Source: Klebsormidium nitens (Eukaryota; Plantae; Klebsormidiophyceae). From it: a stretch of 48,449 nt of DNA. The stretch spans positions 1-48,449 of the forward strand of contig DF237586.1 of assembly GCA_000708835.1 (NCBI GenBank), in the 5' to 3' direction. Shown here one piece after another: positions 34,926 to 48,449 of the stretch; position 1 is the stretch's first letter, and each line of letters opens with the position of its first letter. The notes under the pieces were generated by a model. That model was given only the letters and a program-made list of their open reading frames with translations, was not told where the DNA came from and searched no databases. The position numbers and the translations under genes were made by a program.

Positions 34926-37900
34926 TCAGTTTTGCCGAAGCTCGAGCTGGAAATCAGCATACCCGTGCTTCGCCTTGTGCGCATGGAAGAGATCGGCGAC
35001 CGCCTGGAAGTAGCGGACCCTCATGGCTTCCACGTCTTCTTCGGTCGGGTTGGCCCAGCCGTCCTGTGCTAGCGCGGCCTCCGCCTGAGGTGGTCGCGTG
35101 GGGATGGGCTCTCCCACGACGATGGACACGGCGTCCTTCTCGGGCACGGGCAGAACGCCCCACAGGCCGACGGGGAGGAAGGGCACGGGGAAGCCGAGCT
35201 TCCGGTACGTCCATCGCTGCAAGCAGGAAGAATCCGTAATGAAGGCGAACAAAGCACAGGAAGCAGATCAGAGGAGGATACAAAAGCAGCGTGCGCACGG
35301 GAGGGTAACTGATATTATCTTGGTCAGCCTGAGGTCAAACCCCGTCACAGAATTCACAACTGCACAATGACTCGTGTGCTAGGCACAGACGTCCACGCAG
35401 TTGCCAGCCAGCCGCGGCGCACACCTGGATGGCGGGCCAGTCGAAGAGGTTGTGCATGTTGAAGCTCTCCCCGAAGCAGAAGACGGGGACTAGCGCGGCG
35501 CCGTTCTGCATGGCCAGCCGGATGAAGCCCTTCTTCCGGGCGCACAGCACAAACTTGCGGCGGTAACGCGGCTGGTGCAGGCACAGCTCCGACTGCACGA
35601 CAACCGGGGGCGCTGTCAGGTAGAGCAAGTAAGCGAGCGGGGCCGAAAGGTATTACCTGGCTTTGCATCAAGGGGGAAGCAGGACACGACAAATCAGCAG
35701 CTCCCTCGTACCAACGCCCCGTTGCCGCCACAAGCTTGACATACAATCATCTTTGGGACAAAAGGACGAACTTTAGGAAGCTAAGGCCAGGCCAACAATC
35801 TGAATTTAGGAAAAGCAGCAAACCGCTCTGCGGCAACAGCGCGGACAGTGACTCGCCTGGCCGCCCGGGCAGATGACGACCGCCCTCTCTTGGCTGAGAG
35901 CGTTCTGGAAGCCCCTTCGGGACACCTCACGATTGCCGGCCCACAACATCAAATCGCGCAGAAGGGGCGCCATGAAGATGGCAGTGGCGGCCAGGCTGAC
36001 GGGGCGGATACCAGGGAAGAGCTGGCGCCACGCGGACGTGTACTGGAACCAGGCCGCAGTCACGGGGAACAGGCCGTGCGGCTACAAGGGGAGGAGGGAG
36101 CTAAGGCTGACGAGAGAGGTAGCTCAAAATATATTGAAACAGGGTAAAAAGAACCAGGTGAAACTATTGGAACACGAGGACCTAGTCTCAAAAGCTTGCA
36201 GTACTGTCTGAAAAGAAAGAGTGAGCATGCCGCCGAACAATGCCATGCGAGGATGAGAAAGCTGACGGCTCAAAAGTGTAAGTTAGTCCAGCGCAGGTCT
36301 GCTCACGTGGTACCCAAACACGTACGACTGGGATGCGTCCAGAGGCACTTTCGAGGTTCGCACGAGGCGCAGGCCCCCCCAATGGCGGATGGCGACCTCC
36401 TCCAGAACAGCAGCTAGCCTGCAGCGAAGGATTTGAAAGACCGGTGATGAACAGTAAAGACAGGCAATCCACTGGCAACCAAGCTTCTGAACAAGTGCTG
36501 CAGCCCCACGATTCCGCTATCGTTGGCAACAGCCGAGCATAGATCCTGGAAGCTTCGTTCGTGCGTCCACAAGCTAAAGGCCTTTATGAAGACAAGAAAC
36601 ATGTGAAGAATCAAGCATTCACTGGATCTTCGAGCCACTAAGAAGCCCGGGTCGTCAGCTGTGTATAGTCCAATCAGTGGAATGCTGGCCAAGCTGCAGT
36701 GCCCTCACTTGTCTCTTGCAGCGTTCCAGGTGCGCCGGCCCGTCGTGTGGGGGCTGCCCCGGTAAGTAGGCAGGTACAGCAGGACTGCGATGGCCAGCCC
36801 CGCCAGGTACCGCCAGCCCAGGAGCAGCGACAGGCTGATGACCGCAATCGAGAAGAGGTGGTTGCAGTAGAACAGCGCCAGCACGGCCCACACTTTGAAC
36901 TGACCCCACACGGACTGCGCAGCCAGGGCGAGCGGCCGTGGGGGAGAGCTCTTGTTCAGTGCCTGCTGTGCGAGCCAATGGGCTGGCAGAGCAATGGCTT
37001 CAAGGTGACCCGTGCTAGGGGGAAGGAGGGGCGTGCAGAGGGCACTGGTGAGCTCTTCAGAAGGAGCTTCGACAGCCATTGTCGTCCCGTCAGACAGCCT
37101 GAAAACAGCAGTCTCCGTCCCCAGGGTCTTGTCACTGTTCACTGTGACAGGTGTCTGCGCGACGGGTGCGGCGGCGGACACCTCCTGCTCGATCACAGTA
37201 TCTAACCGCATGAGCTTCCCCTGGCTTCCCTTGAGCTTTTTGACCGGCTGCGGAGCGACATAGCACAGGAGCGAAGCCGCCATGAGCACCTCGGACGCCA
37301 GGCCCCCGAACCCTGCACTCGCCAGCAGGCCGTTCCCCAACCGAGAGCCGGTGAGGGCAGTCGCACAGTACGCGGCCAGCAGGAACGCCGCGAGGGCGGC
37401 CGCAAACATGGCCCACGCCAGGGCCTGGATGACCACAAACGAGAGGCCCCCCACAAACGGCTGCCAGAAGGACCACGTGTTGCGGTACCGCAGTGAGCCG
37501 CCGAGGCCGTATGTAGAGGGCCCAATCACCGCCAGGCTGGCAAACCCGGCAACCGCCACCAGGACGTGCTTGGAGGAGGGCAGGCGGGAGAGAGGGGGCC
37601 CGTGGAACCATATGTCGCACACGGCGGCGACGGCGCACAGGAGGGTGGCCAGGCTGATGTTGATGCTCATGAGGGCGCGGTAGCAGCGCCGGCTGCGGGC
37701 CCAGAGCGCGGCCGCGCTGGCCTCCAGGCTGCCCCGCACGCGGCGGTGACGAGGGGGGGAGACCGGAGCTGGGGGGGCCAGATGGGGGAGTGGGGGACGT
37801 AGACATGCAGGGACACGCTGGTCTGCAAGAGGATGTGACAGCGCCAGTCAGCGACGGCAACGGCAAGACCTGCCTGAGCGGCTCCTTATCTGTTTGACGT

Positions 37901-39140
37901 TGCAAGCTTCCAACAACATATAAATGAATCGCCTATGCAACAAAGCATCAGTAGTGGAACGGTGCTGACATTGTTAGGAATGCGACATGGCCACTCACTG
38001 CGAGTTGGGCGAGGGCACAGGCGAGCGCACTGAAGGCGAGATGCACTGTGGGCAGATCAGGCACCACCTGGCTGCGGCCCTGTGATCCGCAGGCCTTGGA
38101 TGGGTGCTCCACCCCGAGGGGCATGACAAAGGGGGCTAAAGCCCAGGCCCAGAAGAACCAGGTGGCGGCCTGCAGGAGGACAAAGGAGGGCCCCCCCTGG
38201 AAGGGCTGCCACGCATGCCAGGAGCGGGGGAAATGCAGGGCACCTCCCAGCGTGTAGCTCAACGGAACTGCAGACCGGCAACAAAGAGGCCATCACATTG
38301 GATGTAAGGTGCTCACAAGATTGAATGAAGTCTGCTTTTGAGGCCAGAGGCCGCTTCTGCACCTTTGTCAACAGATTGTAGACGAGGGACTGCAGCCTCA
38401 GTCCCTCGTCAACACCACAGAAATTGCATGCCTGCCTCACAAAGTTCAAACCTTTCCCGTGTCTTGAAGTGCAGAAGTGCCCCATACAGTGAAGTTAAAA
38501 GACTTGCATAAGAGGGGAAGCACAGCTACCAGGCAGTTAATTGCATGTGCTCCACGATCAAAGAGTAGACTAACCCCTCACCAGCCAGGACAGCCCCCGC
38601 CCCTGCCAGTGCGCTCCAGGGCTGCTTCTCCCGCCTGCCCAGGTAGGCCCCCCCTTGCGCCCACAGCAAGGCAAACACTGCCACCACACTGCCCCACACA
38701 AGGAGGCACCGCAGCAGTCTATGTGCCAAGGTGTCGGCTGCCTGAGGAGTGCTGATGCGCCGAAATGCACCGGCAGCACTGGACAACCCCTCTCCTGGCA
38801 AGCTAGCATTGTGTGACTCTTGCTGCTGTCTTGTCAAATCAGGCTCTTTGCTGTTGCCAGCAGACACTCCCCCTTTGGCCGCAGCTCCCAAACATTCCTG
38901 CTCTGATGTGCTGCGAGACAGCTGGTCCCGCTGTCTCCTGGGCACCTTTTCCAGAGCTTCCTCTCTGCTGGCTTTATTCTTCCTGTGGAATTGCCTTGTC
39001 GAAGCCCCATGGGTGTGTGGATTGATAAGCCAATACTCCCCAGAGTCTCCGGGCCATGAACCCCAGGTTGCTGCCTGACGCCTCCGGGCAAGGCGGGCCT
39101 GGCGCCGCCGGCTGAGCACAGGGTCGGTCACAACGTCCAT
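34926..39140 (-). CDS. DGAT2: Type-2 diacylglycerol acyltransferase (DAGAT family) with a long multi-TM N-terminal extension; apparent 1-nt frameshift near 37792-37796
   Basis: YVFGYH|PHGLFP, CPGGQ|SE, RKKGFIRLAMQNGAALVPVFCFGE and IVVGEPI. Two N-terminal WQPFxGG modules. Confidence 0.9.
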
Positions 39141-40041
39141 CAATGGTCAAATGCTGTCAGCCAGTCCTCAGAGAGAATTAGCCACACTGATCACACTACG
39201 TGGAAATGATCTCCAAAAACTTCGGCGGAGGGACGCGCCACCAGATGGCCGCTGACAATGGAGTAGGAGCTGCAGATTGCTTCAACTATGATCTGTACGT
39301 GGCTCTTTGCTTCCTACTTTGACTCCTCTGCCCACAGCGGGCCCGCAATGGCGTCCACCAGGGCAGGCTGCTGGCCCTCTGCTGGCCCTGCGAATTGCCT
39401 TCACCAAGGCATAGCAATACGGTGTCCTTCCCAGCCAGCCTCGACAGGGCGCCCCGCCGACATGAACGCAATTCGGTGGTACCTACTTCCTTGTTTGGCC
39501 GGTGCCTTCTTCATGAGAGCTACCGTATTACCTAACCCTACCTCATCATGCGAGGCAGCAGGCAGGCCGCAGCAGCTGCTAGCAGCTAAAGAATGCAGCC
39601 TCAGGCCATGCATGATTGCCTCCATTGACCAAGTCCATGTGGGCACTGGACTGCGCCTGCAGCCTCAGGCTCAGGCTTACGTCACTCAGCGTGGAAGATC
39701 CCAAGTCACTCTGGTCGTACGGAATACCTATACTGGCGGCGGTAGGATCCGCAGTCAAAACCCTGAACAGATTCCCTGGGTGCAAACCTGGGTGCCGCGG
39801 GAGCGCCGCGCAGTGCATTGTGGGCCTCGGGGGAGCGGCCGCGCCGCTACACATCCCCTGCCCTCTGCTGAAGCAGCTGCATGGAGTCTGGACTACAGTA
39901 GTCACTGTTTTACTTCTGAAGACGGTGGAGCGACGGAGTCCAGCTTTGCTTTGGCATCAGAGGTCCTTCACCTTCGCGAAGGCAGCTGAGCAGCTTCGCG
40001 GGCAGGCAGGCGGGTACAGATGCATTTGATCCTTCGCAGCT

Positions 40042-42795
40042 ATGATGCAGACCTTGGCTAATCTGGCACAAACCCGGCCAGCGCTGCAATTGGCAGCTAC
40101 ATCTTTGAGACAAAAACAGAACTTCGTTCTTCCAACCAAGAGGTAAGTGATATGCTCCAATGAAAGGTAAGACTCTTTGGAGTATGTGCAGGGACTTTTT
40201 AAGTGGGTGCATACTTTTAGTATCATTGACAATCTATGCCTGCTGCAAAACCTTTCAAGCACCATTCCTCCACCTCACGCCACCGGAGTCTTGTTCTTTG
40301 ATGGAGGGCTGCAACCTACATGATCAAAACATAAAAAGCTTCCAAAAATGGGCTAAATGTGTTTGGTGAGTTTTTGTGTGCTTCAGTGCAAGCAACACAG
40401 AGTGGTACTAACGTCAAATACGAACATCTTTGCATCATATCTGCTTTGCGCAGCAGTGTCAACTGAGGTCTGTAAGGTACTCAAAATTGCAGCACAAGGG
40501 ACACAGACCTTCGTACCTGTACTCGGTGCAATTGTGGGCTCACTGATCTTAGAACAAAGTCATGCTCCATGATATTACAAGTACAGCGTTTCACCACAGT
40601 GCTGTCCAACCAGTCTTTTTCAGAAGGCGGTGGCCTCAATCAACTTGCTTGGCTTGCAGCTTCTTGCATGGCGCGCCAACATTCCCCTCTGTCCGCTTCT
40701 TCGATAGCCTTGATAGTCTAATAGCTGGCCGCCACAATGGACACCAGAATCAGGCAACGAGGTGTATGCACCAATCTGGTGAGGGCACATCTATTTCCAT
40801 CTCACCGTACTAGACTGATTTAGAGGTGATGTACGGCTGTTTGGGCTTGTTGATATACTCTTTGAAGTCTGTAGCCCCCCGACATCTGCCCAAGGCCAAA
40901 AGTGAGTGCATCGGGCATGATCAGAGATTCTGCAAGCCCCGCCAGCTTCTCTATTCTAATTTCGTGTTGGCAGGAAGGGAGCAGTCATCACTTGTCTTGT
41001 CTTGTCAAGATAACAACCACTGACGCCCTATGCTTTTCTGCAGCACCCCAATATGCAGACTCCTTCCCCGCGCAATCCAACTCGCAATCCCCCTCCCAAA
41101 AGCGGGTGTTTCTCAGCCACACAATCTACAAAGGAAAAGCGGCCATGGGAGTGGTCCCAATGAAACCCACCTTCGTCAACAAGGTGCGCCTTTCTCCACA
41201 GAGTCTGATCAAACGAGGAAGTCAAGGTTTCTGAGTTATGCTTTTAGGAAAGGTCTAGAAAGAGACTGCCCCAGCAAGCCCAGAACCACATCATTCGTGG
41301 CAAATTGCCCTCGACCAGGCCTCATGTTCCGATAACTCACAGTGGCTGTCTATGCAGAACGGGAATCTGTCAGTGGATCGGGATGGAGCCATCCTGCTGG
41401 AGTTTGCGCCCATCGTCAGTGCCCGCAGTTACGACTGGAGCAAGAAACAGGTGAGGCCGGGGCAACCACCCAAGGCTACACTCCTCGTGTTACGTCTGCA
41501 GACAGCTGTTTCAAAAGAATGGTGAACTTGAATTGTGAATAAGAAGAAAAGAGATTCTGAAGAGGTTCTGAGAGATTCTGGTGGGATGCATGTGACAGTG
41601 TCTGTATGCTCCTCAAACCGGACTGAGCTTCCCCTCGGCTGCTCTGCAGACGTTCGCTTTGTCTGTCCTGGAGTGTGGTGCGCTGCTCGACCTTCACCCG
41701 GGCATGAAGCCTCTCGACTTCTTCCACGACCCCTTTAAAGGACAGCAGTAAGCTGCAAGGACCCTTCATCCCAAAGCGGACACGGGTGTTGGCATGCAGT
41801 CAGATCTGAAAACGTTGGGAACGACTGGTCATCCTGCGACGGGTCATAGCACAGGACGGAAGCCCTGCTACACCACTCCTTGCTGAGCAACAGACCCGCC
41901 AAGATGCATCAACCCCTACGGAGTATTGCCCTTTGACCGGTATGAATTGCAGTCGCACTGAATTCCGAATTGCTGAATTGCTCGACGGCCCACCCCTTTT
42001 CCTGCGACTGCAGGGGCCAGGAGGGCAAGGTCCGGAAAAAGCTGGTGGTCCAGACGTCTCAGAACAACGACTCCTACTTCGTCGCTCTCAGTAAGTGCTG
42101 ACAACTGGTGGCCTTACTTCAAGCATATGCCGTGCTTTTCCAAGAATTGCAGGGCATGTGTACTTGCAGCTTCAACCAGGACACTGGATGGGAATCCTCA
42201 ATCGCTAGGAAGGCTCGGAAGTATCCGGCTGGGCTAGCTGCTCGTCAACGAGGCCAGAAGCGTGAAGCCGATGCTTTGGACGTTCCCAGATGTGACGGGT
42301 GCCAGCCAACCCGTCAACCTCACCCTCCCCGTGTCGTTCGCTGAGATGGCCGTGCTTAAGACGCTCATTCAGGTACGCACCGATTCTTTGTGCTAGACTG
42401 TCAGTCATACGCGACTAGGCCATGCTTCAATCACGATCGTTGGTGGGGTACGGAGCTGGTGAAGGCCTGAGATGTAGGCTGTCTTTTTCCCGTGGATATA
42501 ACGAACACTTATAAGGTCAGATCAATGCCCAGCAGTTCTCACCATCTCAAGCGAGTTGCATTGACGCATGCATGCTTCTGGGTGGCTGCTCTTTCTTTTG
42601 CCCGCCTCAGCCTCGCTGACTCAGCACACCCGTCGACGCCCGTCTGCTGCGTCTGCCTGACCCGTGTGCGTTGTGCAGTACTCGCTGCCCACGCTGATGG
42701 GGTGGGACGTGTGGGCTAACCCGGAGCTGGCCGCGCAAGCCAACGTGGTGGACGAGGGCACGCAGCTGGGCGGGGCGCAAGAGTGGAATCAATAG
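40042..42795 (+). CDS. WHY: Whirly single-stranded nucleic-acid-binding protein, organelle-targeted; possible extra upstream exon from 39348
   Basis: HTIYKGKAAM (KGKAAL motif), GAILLEFAP, YDWSKKQ-TFALSV, FFHDPFKG, EGKVRKKL and SLPTLMGW. The presequence exons 40042-40142, 40624-40778 and 40875-40901 join in frame to the exon at 41044. Confidence 0.93.
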
Positions 42796-43993
42796 GGGGG
42801 ATCGGGCCATACCTACCAGGTTCGTGCATGATCTGGCTTTATGTGGCGAACCAATCGAAGGCAGCAACAACTTGCCGAACACCGCAACTGGTCCCAGTTC
42901 TTCCTGCAAGTGCAAGCCTGATAGTGTTCTGCGAGTTAATTCGTGTCCATGTTCCGCTCGCGTTTGGGTGATGTAAGCAGTATGGCAGACCTTGGCTCGA
43001 GTAATTGATTCGACTCTCATATTTCTCTCATGTTTCAACCTGTTGAATCTGCAGGACCTTGGAGGACTGAGACCAATGAGCTGTGTTCGTATCTATGTAC
43101 AGAAGGGAATTCATCAGAAGAGTACGTCTCGAGTCTCGGCTTCTTAGCGCTGTGTAAGTGGATACTTCGTCATACTGTTGAACTTAGGAGACGTCGTGCT
43201 GCCAGGCGGTCTTCGGTTGAAGAGCAGACAGCGGATGGCCTAGGGCGGAAAGTATCCTAAGGGACCTTTACGCCTAGGCTCTGAGGACATCTGCAATTCG
43301 TGATTCCTGGACGGACGTGAAGATCCGTGCGCGCTTGAAAATCCGCACAACGACCTGCTCATATGTACTTAAAGAAGCTGAGCTGAGCATGATAGTGGAC
43401 GTTGAAGTACCGAACGGTCTCAGTGGGCCGTTTGCTCACCATGGCGCCGCGCGCAGTTTGTTTGCAAATGTGCGGATCTCATGTTTGGCATATGCAACTG
43501 CGCTTAGAAGATTTCGGCAATGTGGACCTGTGCGCTTTAACATTAGCAATGCGATGTCTTCAGCCTTCGAGTATTGGCGGCGGCTAGCGTCGATCAGCGT
43601 TTATACTAACTTGCCGCCACAACATGGTCGCAATCGCATATGTGCGACGTCGTCATCATGCATTCAGCTTGTTCATTCCTGGGAAACACTTCAGCAGATA
43701 CGGCACTGTGCAAGAATGTGGTGTAAATGCGCTGGATATACGAATTAGGTATACATTGCCCAGCCAAGCTCAAGCTTATCACAGGCCTGGCCGCTTACAA
43801 TACTAAAGATATAAGTCTCCGCAATGACAGCGTAGAGCTAGCCGCCTGCTATAGCATTATAGGATGGCTGTGCTTGCATGCGTGCGGTGTAGAAACTTCT
43901 CATTGGTCTGATCTGGAAGAAGCTAGCTATGTACATAGGGATGCCCGTTAAGCTGAACCAGACGCAAAGAGACGGGCAACCATCACTGAGCTT

Positions 43994-47667
<3,674 letters not shown>

Positions 47668-48241
47668 GCTGCTGGCCGCGCTGCTCCGGAAGTCACTTGT
47701 TAGGCGATGACTAGCAACGTCCACTACTACAAGCTCATCCTGTACTGCCTAGCTTGGATATGCTGGCCCCAACACACCGTTCAAAATAGATATTCTCATA
47801 GCACAAAATCTATGTTTACAGATACATGGTACAGGGGACAGGGGCTTTGGCCTGTCCACGAAGACCACCACTAGCAGGTGCTACGGTATGTGTAGGACCT
47901 AGCCTCCTCGCTCCTTTCTCCCTACAACATCTGTAAGATTACGTCCTATCTGACTCTACGGTAGCGCTGTTCGCTGCTGGTGCCAGCTGCAGCCTCGGGC
48001 CTTGGCGAAGATATCGCTGGGACGTAACCGATGGTTTCTTGAGACCTCTACCGAGATTGCCGCTCGTGCGGCGCGCCATGGATCACGGTTTTTCGGAAGC
48101 ATAGGCCCATGACCTCCTCTGCCACCCAGGCACATCGAGTTTCGTCCCGGCCAGCCAGCCACAGGCAGCCTCCCGGTCATACCAGCTGGGAGAGGGCGGT
48201 TGGCTCTTCCGGCCAGCTGTGCCCACTGTCGATTTTACCAC

Positions 48242-48449
48242 ATGAGTCCACTGACACATGAGCTACCGGTACCGGTGCCTTCGCACCAGTCAGGGTCCTT
48301 TCCCGACCAGCCAGGTCCGCCCGCCGCCCAGGCCGCTGCATGGTGGCCAGCACCAGATGTCAGGCTGCCACCACCATGCGTGTACGGTGTAGCTAAGCCA
48401 CAGCCTACAGCCGATGAGCCTCTTCAAACAGAAGGCGAGGTGTTCACAG
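48242..48449 (+). CDS. Possible 5' end of a downstream gene, open to the window edge (Pro-rich)
   Basis: ATG 48242 opens a frame with no stop to 48449 (MSPLTHELPVPVPSHQ...). The orientation fits the alternating pattern. No family recognised. Confidence 0.2.
   Translation, partial: MSPLTHELPVPVPSHQSGSFPDQPGPPAAQAAAWWPAPDVRLPPPCVYGVAKPQPTADEPLQTEGEVFT

Noticed and set aside
37132-37905. Long alternative-frame and antisense ORFs over DGAT2; similar ones over ELP3, COPG and 14858-15241
   Set aside because: Shadow ORFs of GC-rich, codon-biased exons, with no family motifs.
39616-40029. Second plus-frame ORF with hydrophobic stretches as a separate gene
   Set aside because: Non-ATG start, no homology recognised, and it overlaps the Whirly-linked frame.
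43463-43472. tgcaaatgtg matching an arm of the 34-bp palindrome; ATGCAAAT octamer at 8556 and 17679
   Set aside because: A 10-mer match is within chance expectation, and the animal octamer motif has no established role in green algae.
43927-43938. 12-bp palindrome ctatgtacatag and other short hairpins
   Set aside because: About 12 such palindromes are expected by chance in 48 kb.

Overview
Eukaryotic nuclear DNA with compact spliceosomal genes and mostly 100-400 nt introns. The proteins are plant-like, so the likely source is a streptophyte green alga such as Klebsormidium (inference, not proven). I can support 12 genes, strictly alternating in strand: C2orf69/UPF0565 (+), a DCD-domain protein spliced in frame to a GTPase-less dynamin/Mx stalk (-), rhodanese (+), SirB1/Transglut_core2 (-), LptF/LptG permease (+), SEC-C/YchJ (-), gamma-COP (+), an unknown signal-peptide membrane protein (-), an MCMDC2-like pseudo-ATPase (+), DGAT2 with a duplicated N-terminal membrane module (-), Whirly (+) and ELP3 (-). 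I found no tRNA, rRNA, CRISPR array or intact mobile element. The best candidate for something undescribed is the DCD-dynamin-stalk fusion. Also notable are the regular divergent/convergent gene spacing, a perfect 34-bp palindrome, an apparent 1-nt frameshift in DGAT2, and a possible dual-start Whirly. Exon boundaries were read by eye, and family calls come from remembered motifs, not database searches.
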